Shown: positions 11,245 to 25,340, counted from the stretch's first letter. The stretch is 58,752 nucleotides of DNA from Octopus sinensis (GCF_006345805.1 NW_021833861.1:1-58752); one strand, 5' to 3'. Numbers and translations: made by a program. The notes: a model not told the origin generated them from the letters alone.

Positions 11245-12873
11245 GGATCTTTTCATTCGTGAGGCCATTTTTTTCAAATTTTTCCTACTGAACCAAACAA
11301 TTTGAAACTTCGTATACTGGTAGAATGTGTCAAAAGTAAATTTAATTGTAAACCAAAATGAAAACGGAATTGTAACTTCTAAGTTTAACATTGTTTAATA
11401 ATTAGAATTTTAACCAATGGTATTCCGTCATTCGGCTTCATATTATTTACTCCGTCTCGACCACCAATTTGGTGACATATTAAACATATGGTATCTGAAA
11501 TGTAAACAAAACTATAACGATGAAATTTTTTACTCGGTGTATGTGTATATGTATGAATGTATGTATGTATGTGTGTATGTATCTATGTATGTGTGTGTAT
11601 GTGTGTGTGTTTATGTATATGTATGTATGTATGTATGTATGGCCGATTCGGTGTTTAGTTTTTTCGAGTGAATACTCGGTGTATGTGTATCTGTATGTAT
11701 GTGTGTGTGTATGTATCTATGTATGTATGTGTGTGTATGTATGTGTGTGTGTGTGTGTATCTATGTGTGTGTGTGTGTGTATGTATGTGTGTGTATGTCA
11801 CACATGTATGTATGGCCGATTCAGTGTTTAGTTTTTTCGAGTGAATACTCGGTGTATGTGTATCTGTATGTATGTGTGTGTGTGTGTATGTATCTATGTA
11901 TGTATGTGTGTGTGTGTATCTATGTGTGTGTGTGTGTGTGTATGTATGTGGGTGGGTGTATGTCACACATGTATGTATGGCCGATTCAGTGTTTAGTTTT
12001 TTTCGAGTGATTACTCGGTGTATGTGTATCTGTATGTATGTGTGTGTGTGTATGTATCTATGTATGTATGTGTGTGTATGTATGTGTGTGTGTGTATCTA
12101 TGTATGTATGTATGTGTGTGTATGCATGTGTGTGTGTATGTATGTATGGATCAAAACAGTTTGATTCAAATTCTGTGGTACTTATATATTCATATACATA
12201 CATATACATGTAGATGTATATAACATATATATATTGTATGTAAACATCTTTTATAAATATATATAATTGATGCATCTATAATACACACACATTATAAATA
12301 TATACACATATATGCATATGCATTAGAATATGTGTGTATAGGTGTATATATATATATATGCATATGTTTGTATACAATGCAAAAAATGGAAAATAATTTA
12401 AACACTCATGTTATATATACTCAGGATCTACACAAATTTTATATGTACTCCACGAAGTTCAAAAGGTAAAAATCCGGTATTTTAAATTTTTGTTGCATTT
12501 CTAATCTTTCTGATGTCTAAGGATGGATATTTATGCGTATGAATCTTTTTCTTTTTATTTTGTTTCAAATATAATTCTAGGGAACTGAAAAAATGTGTAC
12601 GATTACGCGATGAGCCAATGTTTACATTTTGACAAATTGCTTTCCACGTCACATTTAACACTACGCAGATAATAAGTTCACATAAATACAGACAATACGA
12701 TCGGCTAAAATTCGCAGTTTTAATCTACGATTAAAGTCATAAAATAGATTTTTCTCAAATAAACTAGTTCCAACTCGTGTCTTGTTTTGAGATACTCTAC
12801 GAGTACACGAAGTTTCAAATTATTTAGTTAACTAGAAAGATCTGCGGTCCTGGCCACCATATTGAAAAGATCC
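11245..12873. mobile_element. Non-autonomous DNA transposon with imperfect TIRs and an 8-bp TSD
   Basis: Ends read GGATCTTTTCA...TGAAAAGATCC. Similarity extends inward (AATTTGAAACTTCGT.TACT.GTAGA on both arms). CCTACCTT is directly repeated at 11237-11244 and 12874-12881. Confidence 0.7.
11530..12145 (+). repeat. ~165-175 bp minisatellite (3 units plus a partial) inside the TIR element
   Basis: The anchor GGCCGATTC.GTGTTTAGTTTTTTCGAGTGA.TACTCGGTG recurs near 11641, 11814 and 11979, separated by TG/TATG repeats. Confidence 0.9.
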
Positions 12874-13072
12874 CCTACCTTGCATACATACATATATTGA
12901 TACATACACATATACATACACACATATACACACATACATATACACGTACATATGCATGCACGCTTATACACACGAATATAATTAGATGGTTGTGATATTC
13001 GAGTATGAGTGAGCAATTAGATTGGGATTAAGAGTTAAAATGCAGATTTATGAGGTTATTAGGATTACTATA

Positions 13073-14341
13073 CGAGGGGCGTTCAATAAGTAATGCCCCT
13101 GACACACTTGCAATTGTTTGATCTAGCTGAAATTGTGCATGTCCACTTATTTATACCTCTATAGATTAAGTGGCGAATTACAGCTCTGAATTAATTGTGG
13201 TTTCTGATTTACAGGTGTTTGAACTGAGTCAAGTGTGAAATGGTGCCTGTTGAGTGTCGAGCAGTGATCTGGTTTTTGTATTTAAAAGGACGCACACCAC
13301 GGGAGACTTTTGATGAAATGAAAGTAACTTATGGTGATGATGCCCCATCATATGACCTTGTAAAACGCTGGCATCGTGAATTCAAACATGGTCGGAACTC
13401 TGTGGAAACAGCTCCCAGATCTGGTCGCCCCCTTCTGCCAGTGATGAGGCATCTGTCCGTCAAGTTGAGGCTGCCATTTTGGAAGGTCAACACATAACTA
13501 TTCGCCAAATAGCCCATACGGTCAAGATTAGTACCGGGTCTGTGGAAACTATCATTCATGACCATTTGCATATGCAAAAGGTGTCTGCCAGATGGATTCC
13601 CAGGTTGCTCACACCTTTCCAGAAGCAAGAACGCGTTGAGTGCTCGAGGATGACTTTGGAGATGTGCCAAGAAGATGAGTCAAAATTTTTCAAAAGACTG
13701 ATCACACAGGATAAAACCTGGGTCCATCACTATAATCCATAGACCAAAGCCCAGTCAATGCAGTGGAAGCACCGTGACTCACCTCCTCCAAAGAAGGCAA
13801 GGGTGCAGCCCTCCGCTGACAAGGTTATGCTCACAGTCTTCTGGGACCAGGACGGAGTAGTGATGACAGATTTCCTGGCAAAGGGTACCACAATTACAGG
13901 AGCCTATTATGCTTTACTTCTGAGGAAATTAAGAGAAGCTATCAAAATCAAGAGGCGGGGCAAGATCAGCAAAGGCATCCTCCTCCTGCAGGACAACGCT
14001 CCGGTCCACAACTCGCGTGTCGCCAGATCAGAAGCACAGGCGTGCAGCTATGAACTCCTCCCCTTGCATCCTTGATTTTCACCTCTTCCCAGCCATGAAG
14101 TTGATTTTGAAAGGAAAGCGTTTCCCAGATGATGCAGCCTTGATTTCTGAAGTCACATCGTGGCTGGAGGACCAAGCTGGGGTCTTCTACAAAAACGGTC
14201 TCCAGAGCTGTATCAAACGATGGGAGAAATGCATAACTCTGGGTAGTTCCTATGTAGGAAAAGACTAATAACTGTGCCAAGTGTCGTTGCTCTACTGCTA
14301 TGGGAAGTGGGTCAGGGGCATTACTTATTGAACGCCCCTCG
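13073..14341 (+). mobile_element. Full-length mariner transposon (irritans-like by N-terminal sequence)
   Basis: Perfect terminal inverted repeat TA-CGAGGGGCGTTCAATAAGTAATGCCCCTGA at both ends, TA target duplication, length 1269 bp. Confidence 0.95.
13240..14268 (+). pseudogene. Mariner DD34D-type transposase, inactivated
   Basis: PRSGRP, SARWIPRLLT (WVPHEL-like), ITQDKTW, LLQDNAPVH and DFHLFP are present. There is a frameshift near 13435, a TAG stop at 13740-13742, and a deletion of the HPPYSPD segment near 14060. Confidence 0.92.
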
Positions 14342-16186
14342 TATGTTCGTTTAGGCATTTGGATTTGTGGTAGATTTTGAATGTGTGAAAAAAGCGATAG
14401 TTGCATATACTTAGTGCCACATTACGTTTATTTAGCAGTGCTGGAGAGTTGTACTTCAATATGTACTACAATTACATGAATTTTGGGGACTGTGTTCAGG
14501 AATAGAGGAGGTAATATAGCCAGAGGAGTGGTTAGAGAATGGGGTTGAAGATTCTATATTATTAGTATTATTAACGTTATCATTACCATCATTGCTATTA
14601 TTACTATTGTTGTCATTTGTACTAGTGGTAAGGGTGGTAGAGATTGTGGTGGTGTTCGGGGTAGAGTCAGTAGGATTGATTGGGTTGTGGTTGTGGTTGT
14701 GGTCTAATGTAAGGGTATCTGCTGTGTGTGTGTCGAGTGTTCGTATTACTAGAGTTGTAGTTATGTGAGTTTTGATAGTAAAGAGAAAGCTTTTGCTTAT
14801 TAGAGACTGCTACAATAGATTCGAAGTTGTGTGAGGTAGAATAAGATAGTTTCAGGGTAGATCGATTAAAGATAGAATGATGTGGAGGGGCACGTCAAGT
14901 TCGGTAGGCCCTTTATACGCAAGAATTAAAATCTTAGAAAATGAGCAAATTTAATTTCAAAACCCATCTATTTCAAATAATTGAATTTGATGTGTTAGCA
15001 GCCAAAGTTTAAATAAATGACTGAAAATTTCGCTTTAAAAATATAATTTTTAAAATTAAAATTTCGTGTTTCACACATAGAGTTACGGTGTTCGACTTTT
15101 CCTTCATTCTGAAATGAATGACGGAAGGAAGAGGGTGGTAACATTTTTTTCTTTTTATGCTAGTTACAAATGTTTCAGAATGAAGAATATGATAAAATGA
15201 GAAAGAAAAATGAAAAAGTAAAAAAAAAAAGAAAAAATCATTTTTGTAGTTGTTGTTGTCCTGATGAGTGCGTTTATGTTGTTTGGAAACACCAACATTT
15301 AAAAAACATGGATTTAAAAAAAATATTTGTTTTCAAATAGCTGACTTTCATTGTCTTGCAATGGGTAGAAAATCCCGCGAAAAATGGGGCAATTCAAACA
15401 GATATTTCCGAAAGTCTATTTTTCCAGTTTCCAGTAAGGGTAGGTGAACCGCATTGAGTGGATGTATATATACATATATGTATGTATGTATATGCTGAGA
15501 GACTCTTACACTGATATTTATGTAAAAACGTGTGTGTTTCTGAGTGTATGTGTGTGCGTGTATGTACGTTTGTGCGTGTGTGCTTTCGCGCGTGTATGTC
15601 TGTGCGAGGCCGTGTATTATGCGAATTAGCATAAACGTTAGTGCAATAGACTAAATGGAGTTCTTTTGTGTTCCATCTATTTGAGTTCAAATTTTGACTG
15701 GGTCAAACTTCAGTTTCAGTCTATGAGGTTCAATGGTATTATCGAATTATAAGGTGCTTGAAAGAACAAGCCTATAATTTCAAAATGGAGTGACATCGGT
15801 TGATTCTAAATAAATGCTAGACGCGCAATGTTTCCAGGTATGTTTCATACTTTTGTCACCACCTTACGTTTATAAAAATTTCATTAGATTTGTACTATGT
15901 ACTAGGTTAAACTAATTTTGATATAATAGTCTTCTAGGAACCAACGTTTATTTTTTGAAATCAATAAAAGGTGTGTAACGTTACAACAGGGAGAACAATT
16001 TGTAGTCGATATCTGTTGTCGACAGTAGCTATAATCTCCACTGAAACTCATATTCATATATATATATATATATATGTAAGTATGTATGTATGCATGTATG
16101 TATGTATGTATGTATGTATGTATGTATGTATGTATGTATGTATGTATGTATGTACCTATCTATCTATCTATCTATGTATCTATCTA

Positions 16187-16244
<58 letters not shown>

Positions 16245-17236
16245 AGAATTAATTCAAACGCGCACTTACACACACACGCGTGTGTATTTTGTGTGAAAGA
16301 TGACGGGTGAGTCAGGAAGATGTCAGCATATCTAGTACTTAAACTAAATATATATTATATATACTTAATTATATAAGCATACATACACACACAGACACAC
16401 ACACGCATATATATATATATATATAATATATATATATGCACACACACACATATACACTTATGTTCCGTGTGTGCATGTACTTGTGTAGTGGGGAGGTGCT
16501 TGCGATCATGTTAACGCAATTGTCATTATTATATAAACAAACATACACGGAAAAGAAAACAAAAGAAAAATCATAAAATCGAAAAATCACAAGAACAAAA
16601 TGAAAACAAATGACGGCTGTTTCTGTGCAATTGTGTAACGAAGCACTAAAATGGCTGGCTACGTACGTCATAACGCCACTATAGACATAAACACCTTTTT
16701 CCTGCCAAACCGTATTCATACCGTTGATGACAGTGATGGCTATAAAAGCAAATAGACCATATTGATAATGCTTTGTGTGGTTTTATACCGCTGGGTGTGT
16801 AATTTGAGGGCAGTTCCATTTACGCTGGTCTCCTAAACATCAATTTCTCAACATCCAAACATTTTGATCAAAGCGAATTTCAGCTAAGCAAATATTATAC
16901 ATTAATCCGCTGATTGGATTGTTGTGAGGAATGCAAAAACAAAAATGGTTTCTAATCTGCTGCCCCGTTTGCCCCCTCACAGACACGTATACTGGTATTA
17001 ACCAGTCTAAATTGTGGTTTTCCATGTCTTTCTATCTACTATAAATTATCTCCGTTTTCATTCACTGCTAAATCATCACCACTGACAACATCGCTTGTAG
17101 AAAAAAAATCATGTATCTAAATTCTCTAACACACAAACAAGATCGTGATGATACTCACGTACACACACACACGCACACACACACATACACACTCACACGC
17201 ACACACACACATACACACACACATAAATATATATAC

Positions 17237-17269
<33 letters not shown>

Positions 17270-17332
17270 CAACTAGATATAGATACATATATATGTGAAG
17301 ATATGTGTGTATATATCCACATGTATGCATAT

Positions 17333-17432
<100 letters not shown>

Positions 17433-17520
17433 TGTATGTGTATAAATCCATACATTTATGTGATTGTTTCCTTGTGTGTATGTGGACCTATGTTTGCTAG
17501 ATTTTTTATATATGAATGGT

Positions 17521-17570
<50 letters not shown>

Positions 17571-17923
17571 ATATATATAATACTTGTAACAGTGAAATAT
17601 CTTTATTTATTAGCATGACACTCAGTTGCTTGGAACCAGAGACACACAAATCCATAGAACTACACACACACATAATTACACACTACGAATTCACATAAAC
17701 AGACACAAGGGAAATTTCATTAAATATATAACATTATGCTATGAACATTGAATACGATGGCTTCAATAAAAGAAAATACCTACAGAGCTCTGCTTCTACG
17801 ATTATACATTTCTATCTGAAGTCATACACACAAGCATAGTCATATGTAAAACGTGGGTGTATGTGTGTGCTTGCATATACGTACATATATATACATACAT
17901 ACATACATGCATACATAAATACA

Positions 17924-17981
<58 letters not shown>

Positions 17982-17998
17982 TATATTTATATATATAT

Positions 17999-18103
<105 letters not shown>

Positions 18104-18299
18104 TATATAATACATTCCATATATCTATGTGTATGTGTCTGTGCCAGTGTCTTCTTTGTGGTTTTATGTGTAGGAGTATGTGTGTACGTGTGCGTGCCTG
18201 TGTGTGTATGTGAGTGAGAGAGAGATTAAGTGTGTAAGTGTGTAGACACAATCAAATAGCTAGACATACTCCATATCTATAAGCTAATCGAAACCTAAA

Positions 18300-19380
18300 A
18301 GAAATCATCGATTCCTATAATGGTATATAATTCACAGTTAGCTAATATATTTACTATATAGCATGATTATCAGTTGTTGCTAGAAAACCTCGCCTGTTAT
18401 TAGTAATTCTCTCTTTGAATTTTAGGTGAAAGTGTAAAAGCTTGTTGCCGTAATGGGGTGCATTAGCAGTCTGTCGTTGCGTCGTTGTTCCCCTTGTCGT
18501 CCATTTACGATGTCGTAATTTGTTAGTACATATTGTTACCGTTGTTATCTCATATTGCTTAGAATAATTGTTTGTAGTGTGGAATCGGTAGGATAACATT
18601 TGATTTGATACGTTAGCGTATTTCTCTTTCGGAGTTCGAATGTGACCAAGTGTTAGAATTCACATTTCTTTTACTATAGCAATTGAGAGAAAACTACTTA
18701 ACAGTCTAGGAAATGTAGTCGATAAACTGACTGTTTCCGCACTTTTTTCATCATACTTGTGACGGATATATGTCATAGGTGCCGAAACCTATATTCACCA
18801 ATCATGCAGATTTTGTCGATTTAACTGTATGTTTGTGTTCCTTCTATGGTTATGGACATATGTCAAATATGCATATGTGTTGTTCTTATATTTCAGGACG
18901 TTATACAAGAAGAATCGGTTGTATATACATATAAAATGTTGGAATGTCAGATACACTCGTTCGTTTATTTTCTGCTTATATGATTTCTTATTTTCATCGG
19001 CATTTTCAACAAGTTTATCAGATATATATTGTCCTTCAATGCCTACAATTTCTGACCAAAGTTCCATCAGCTTCTCAATGAGTTGACGCTAGAAACAACC
19101 GGTGACGTGTGATAATATCCCGAGAGCAATCTATCTGCTGGGCTAATTCCTAAGTAGAATGATATGGATTCTTATGGAAAAGCTTGTTCTCGTTCTGTCG
19201 ATCTCCGTTGAACTAAATAGGTCGGCTGGAACGCGGAGACGCTGTCGAGTCGACTTTCCCCGCTTGAGGTAAAAAACCATGATTTTGGCTAGTTCTCTTT
19301 GTAATAGCGCCGTCTCCAAACACTTAGCTGAATGGCAATGGAGGCAGGTGTCTAAAATGCTCATTTTTTTCTATTTGGCA
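18300..19380 (-). mobile_element. Highly decayed PLE fragment (thumb/endonuclease region)
   Basis: Weak motif similarity: LLQRELAKIMVFYLKRG (thumb-like) and FKERITNNRRGF (GIY-YIG-like). Confidence 0.35.
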
Positions 19381-19802
19381 TTCATCTACTTATGACTGAA
19401 AAACAAACGTAAAATTTATTCAGATATCATAAACAAGAAACAGTATTTGAACAGGAAGTACAGAGCTAAACAACCCATAAAACAATACGACAATTATTTT
19501 CATGCTAATTCAAACAACAAGAAGAAAGGACAAACGAACGAATTAATGTGACAACACCTTACTTTCAACTGATTGTCTACGGACTAGAGGGCGTCAAATA
19601 TTATCTGCACTTTCGCCAAATCTTTCTTTCGATTGACTAAGAGTTGGTACTGTTGTGATTACGCAGCCGATGTCTGACCTTGATTGCCCAGGCTGGCTGT
19701 GAGCACCAAACAAGCGCTAAAATCTGTGATCCAATTTTGTATGAGGTAAAGGCTCTTTTCTATGTTCCAAATGAGGTGTAGTCTTAATCGTGCCGATATT
19801 CT

Positions 19803-20290
19803 CTGGTAAGAGCATGTACCAAGTAAAGTTATGCAGGAAGATGGAAAAGTAGCGACACTCAGGGACTATGATTTTCAAACAAATCGTGTAATCGAACAGC
19901 GTCGACCTGATATTGTCATATTGAATAAGCGAGACAAATACTGTCAAATCATTGATGTAGCCGTACTGAATGACATGAATGTTGTGAGTAAAGAAGCTGA
20001 AAAAAATCTCCGAACTGAAAGTGGAAATAGCAAGACTGTATGGGATGCGAAAGGGTAATGTAAAAGTGATACCAGTGGTGATCTGAGCGGTGGGCTCAAT
20101 GACATCGAAACTTCAAGACTCCTTAAGGCACTGGAAATCCCACGCAAGATGGATGTCTTGCAAAAAGCAGCATTATTGAGCACAGCGCACTTCTTAAAGA
20201 AAGTATTATCTATCTGAGGTCCTTGCTGTGACTTGATTGATGACTAAAAACACTGGTGAATTTTTACCTACACTGTGTTACGAAGGAATA
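19803..20290 (+). mobile_element. 3' end of a Dong/R4-type non-LTR retrotransposon (restriction-like endonuclease), decayed
   Basis: DFQTNRVIEQRRPDIVILNK..CQIIDVAV..DMNVVSKEAEK, then after a frameshift KVIPVVI...LQKAALLSTAHFLKKVLSI*. A short 3' UTR runs into (AAT)n. Confidence 0.85.
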
Positions 20291-20347
20291 ATAATAACAA
20301 TAACAATAATAACAATAATAATAATAATGATAATGATAATAATAATC

Positions 20348-20397
<50 letters not shown>
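20288..20397. repeat. (AAT)n microsatellite
   Basis: Directly visible. Confidence 0.95.
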
Positions 20398-20398
<1 letters not shown>

Positions 20399-20955
20399 GC
20401 CCTAATGTATTACAAGGCAGTGGCTCTCATGGCATCTGATCTTAACAGGTTGGAAGTGCTATCGTGTACATTGTTTTGTCTTGGTATAAAAGATGGCTAC
20501 AGCAAATATTCTGCTCAATACCACAGATTTGCTTGTCAGTTGTTTGACCTTAACCAGTTGAGCATGTCCATTAGTGGCGGACGATATATGCATCTCTGAT
20601 GGACGAGCAGAAGTAGTGGGGAAGCATCACAGCCGTGTGTTGAAATGAATTCTTAGAGGTTCGGATAATTCACTTTGGAAACATGGGTAGTTCGTTCAAC
20701 ATCCTTAAGCAATCCTTATTCAGGGACATTTTGAACGGGATGTGCTACTCGACCAAAAGAAAATTCTAACAGGGCCCCACCTACAAAGTTATGCGCTGTT
20801 TCTCTTGAAATGAGATCACCATGTCGCGCACATATGGTTGTGATGCATGTGCCTGGTGCACCCTTATCAGACGGGTAGTCATGATGGGTATACTGGGCTT
20901 CGTATATTTTACCCCAGAGTCACTTTGATGGCATATACTGCCCTCTCACTCAATG
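20397..20955. mobile_element. Unclassified ~560 bp interspersed repeat between (AAT)n and (GAT)n(AAT)n
   Basis: Complex-sequence block bracketed by trinucleotide repeats. It resembles a common octopus repeat from memory only. Confidence 0.4.
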
Positions 20956-20958
20956 ATA

Positions 20959-21028
<70 letters not shown>

Positions 21029-21689
21029 TAATAAAAATAATAATAATAAAGTGTGTGTGTGTCTTATATTCGGCTGGATATAAGAAATGATAGGTCTGCG
21101 TTGTTGACATTTGCTGAGGTTGAAAAACTTTTTCACAGATAACGACTTATCTCTTGAAGGTACAGCCTATTTCTACGAATACGTAATGTTGTTTTAGGAG
21201 AATTCTTGACTTCCGTGTTGGAAGTGAGTTGCAAAGTCTACTAAGTGTGCATCTGCACTTCTTCATATGCTCTTCAACCCACTCTTCTGATGACGTTCGG
21301 TTATTCTTGGATCGTATTAATGCAAGAATATGTGAATATGAAACACGAAGCAATTACCAGCACTGCACAGAGTATATTTGCATTACTGCCTGTTCATTCC
21401 ATATTATAACTTGTGTGTTTGTTTGTGCGCCCGCGTGTGTTTCGTTTTCAAAGGCAGAATTCAAGTAGGTTACGTTAAGATAAGATTATTAGCGATTTAA
21501 TATTGGTTAACATCCCATTGGATGACCTAAAGCAAATTCTGCATTGGAGTCTATCCAATGGGTTCTTTAACACAATATTATTACACAAGTATACATATAA
21601 CTTTATCTCATTTGTGTTCCACCGTTAAGAACGAATTCTTTCACGTCTCTCGAAGTTTCTATAGGAACTGTGTTAATGTGTGTTGGTGC

Positions 21690-21810
21690 AGTTACGGCTG
21701 TGTACTTAAGAAGTTCGCTTTGCAACCATGTGGTTTCGGGTTCGTTTCCAAGGCACGATTCTTTCAGCAAAAATCCTCTTCTATATGCTCGGGTCCCGAC
21801 CAATTGCCTT
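21690..21810 (+). mobile_element. Decayed SINE family 1 head
   Basis: GGCTGTGTACTTAAGAAGTTCGCTTTGCAACCATGTGGTTTCGGGTTCG aligns by eye to the family 1 head. Confidence 0.55.
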
Positions 21811-22149
21811 TTAAGTAAATTAATTACACAGAAACTGTGTGGAAGTCCACCGTAAATATGTGTCTTTCTGTCTATAAGTGCGTGTGTGTGAATGTGTGCG
21901 TTTTTTTAGTTATAGTTACTTGACATCCGGTGCTGGTGTGTTTACGTTCCTTTAACTTACTGGTTTGGCAGAATGTCCAGTAGGATTTTTTTTTTACTGA
22001 CTTTAAAAATAAATATGTAGGACCTTTAAAGCGGTGGCTCAGTATTCGTCGAATTCCAATGAGTGAAACAAGTAAAAGAAATAAGAAATAAAAGATTCTC
22101 TGAAACAAAACCCTTATCAGACTTGAAAATATATTATCTAGAAATGAAG

Positions 22150-22355
22150 TGGTGAGCTGGAAGAATCGTTAGCACAACGGGTAAAGTACTTAGGAAAAGG
22201 CTTCTTTACATTCTGAGTTCAAATTCGGCTGAGATCGGCTTTGCTATTCATCTTTTCTGGGTCGATGAAATATGAACCAGTTTTGCGCTGGTATTTATTG
22301 ATTTAACCGCCCCCAAACTACCTTGCTGATCTTTGGCAATAAGTTGAAACCAATA
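22150..22355 (+). mobile_element. tRNA-derived SINE family 2, diverged
   Basis: GGTGAGCTGGAAGAATCGTTAGCA head, GAGTTCAAATTC B-box, and a TTCATC..GGGTCGAT central domain (Meta-SINE-like). Confidence 0.75.
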
Positions 22356-24910
22356 TATTACCCAGAAAGATTCGATGGGTGATGATGATGATGTTCGTAT
22401 TGTCGTTGATGATGATGATGATGATGATGTTGTTGTTGATAATGTATACGACGATGAAACATAAAAATTGTATCCACATTTGATTCGATCTCCAAACACA
22501 GATAAATATAGAAATGGTGACAATACTAAATAGACAGCCATGGCGATTTTCACCTCTTTCACAACATTATAACATCGGTGAGATAAAAAGAGAAAAATCG
22601 ACCTCAGCTAGATTATGAACTCCAAATAAGTACTAAACCGACAAACATGTCATAATAATTCTCATCAGGATTTTCAATGCATCAGTGATAATAATCGCAT
22701 TGAATGGTATTATATTGATTTATTACATTGCTGCAAAATCTCTATGATTTATTTTAGACATGAAGTCTTATGCTATTGAGTCTACGTACGGCTTTATTAC
22801 GTACAGAAGCGGTGTAAATATCGTGAAATAAACTCTAAACTGGAATAGAAACAACGATGGCGTTTTTACGTCGCATACAATACAAGACATGATTACGAAA
22901 AACTAACCTAAAATTATACACACATATATGCATATGCATAGGAATACACACACAAACACACACACACGTCTGGCGATTGCAAATAGGAAAAATAGAAATC
23001 AAAATATGGTTAGCACCTAAGTGCTAACGCACAGAACACTCATGCAGGCGTATACATATATATTGTATATTTATATATATATTTGAATGTATATAATGGT
23101 GTGTGATGGCTAACAATGTTTTCATTTGTTGTTTTTTCTTTTTTTTTAGATCTTATGTCCATTGTTTTTCAGTGATTTTAATCCAGCAAGTTCACAGATT
23201 GAACATAATGGAAAGTTATAAAAAACAGCTACCATATTAGTTCGAGACATTGTCTATGCTCTCAGTTCTTAAAGGTGATCCAGACAGCCCAATTATACTT
23301 CTTTATGGCTTTACAGTAAGTTAATCTCCGTTCAGTGCTCGTGAAGGCAGTTTTTCAAATTCTTCTGCGGAATCATTGTATGAATATATGTTCGCATCTA
23401 TTTTGTTTTTATATGAAATCTTCCTGTAATGGTGAAGCTGGTTTCTTACAAGGATACGATCCAAAGTTAGTTTTTACTATTCCGCCTACAATAATGTGCG
23501 TGTTAGCTGGTTGACTTCCCTAGCTTTTCCAGTTTGTCATTTATTTATTGAGCTAAGTGCATAGATTAGTATTGGTATAAGAATATATAATCTGAGCATA
23601 GAATATGAAGTTCTCGAATCTGTTGTGCATAAATATATTCTATTTCTCTGATTCTCAGGTAGATATTCCCGACAGTTGTTCTGCTGAACTCCATGAATAT
23701 TATTTTCTTGCCTGTTTCAAACAATATCCATCCTGATATGTTTGCTCTTGATACGAGATTTCATGCTAGTGTTCCATTGATGTTCTTGCTGAAATCCTTG
23801 TATTTATTCACTGCCAGGTGAATCCTCGATATCTTACCTAGGCCAGTTATTTTTGGATGGCAATGCAGGGATTATACCTGTTTACCTGTTTGGCAGTCGA
23901 TTTGATTTGGGTCCGTGTGGTGAAAGTAATTCGATTACAGCCTGGAACACACATATCTATCTTTCTGCCTGCCTGTCTGTCTCTCTAATTATCTATCTCA
24001 CTGTCTGTCCCTGTAAGTATATATATATATATAATCAGAAATGGAGAAAGCCTCAGATTAACAAGCACATCGATTGGACTATATTTATAGTTAATTTTTT
24101 AATACAAGCATGACAAAGCACACCAATGTCCGGGGATAATATAGGTAACGGAACCGCTAACTCGGTTTACACTGTATATATCTATATCAAAATACAATCA
24201 AATTTCAGTTGAATTAGTTACTTAAAAGTGAGGTCGGAGTAACATGCATACTCAATAATATTAAGTGAATATCTGACTTGGTGCATATCACATGCTATTC
24301 TTTCTGTGTATGCAAATAATAAGAAGCCAGCTGAGTGAAGAAATCTGATCTTAGCTATTCAGCCGTTAAAGTGCTGTCTATAACATTTACGAAGAGAGGA
24401 TGATTTTAAATATAATTTATTCATCACCTATTTATCTAATTTCTAAATTTATCTTAATGTTGTATTTTTAATACGGTAATGAATACAAGTAAATTCAGCT
24501 TTCTCTCTCTCCTTTATCACCCCCCTCATTATCATCCCTTCCCTATCACTTACTCCTTTATTACGACCCTACGTCTTGCCCATTTGTGAAGATTAAGCCG
24601 ACATAGTGTCCCATCACTTTTGATAATTTAATAGGCTGACCTGACTTTAATTGCTGCTTTCACCACTGACCAGTGGAAATAAACATCTTCCTTGAGATAA
24701 AATTCTAGACGATCGGAGCCCAGCTTCTTCGGCTGTTAGAAGTTAAAATAACTGGGTCATTTGTGTCAATTATTTTCCCCACTTCTATAGACTCTAGTAA
24801 CCTCTAAATTCTTATTTGTTCTAACCAAATATGTACTATTCTGATAAGTTCATTCTACCAATTGAATTGTAGCAGGATCAATGTAAATATTTTACTCCTG
24901 TGACTTTGTT

Positions 24911-25340
24911 AACTCTTCTTTCGAACAACGAAAGTCACAAATGGAAAACAAAACATAAAACAAACATAAAGAACGACCCTTCATCAGTTGTTGGCTGTTT
25001 TCCTAGTTTCGTATTTGGAGCATTTAACAATATCCGCTTTCGGTAAAACAGTTGCTCCCGCAGTAGCCCTTCCTGTTTGTGTTACCAATTTTGACGCTCC
25101 GCAAAATCCCAATTTTTTTTTTTTTAATTTGCTTTGCGGGAGCAACTGTTTTATCAAAAGCGTATATTGTTGTTATATGCTCGAAGTACGTGACTAGAAA
25201 AACAGCCAACAACTAATGAAGGGTCGTTCTTTATATTTGTTTTGTTTTCCATTTTTGTCTTTTGCTGTTCGAAAGAATAGTTCATGTTCCATGTACTCGT
25301 GCTTCATACTTTTTTGTTGTACATGTTTCATAGCGTCCTT
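24911..25340. mobile_element. PLE-terminus-like element with an inverted partial duplication
   Basis: Arms 24911-25062 and 25135-25282 are reverse complements. A direct homologue lies at 48590-48880. Confidence 0.7.

Noticed and set aside
11530-12145. Repeat-spacer pattern superficially like a CRISPR array
   Set aside because: Eukaryotic context, the spacers are microsatellites, and there are no cas genes.
20397-20955. Possible HDV-like ribozyme at the end of the unclassified repeat
   Set aside because: I could not assemble P1/P2/P3 pairings by eye.
23140-23320. Possible host exon (polypyrimidine-AG acceptor, GTAAGT donor)
   Set aside because: Stops in the frames tried and no recognisable protein; the surroundings look like decayed retroelement.
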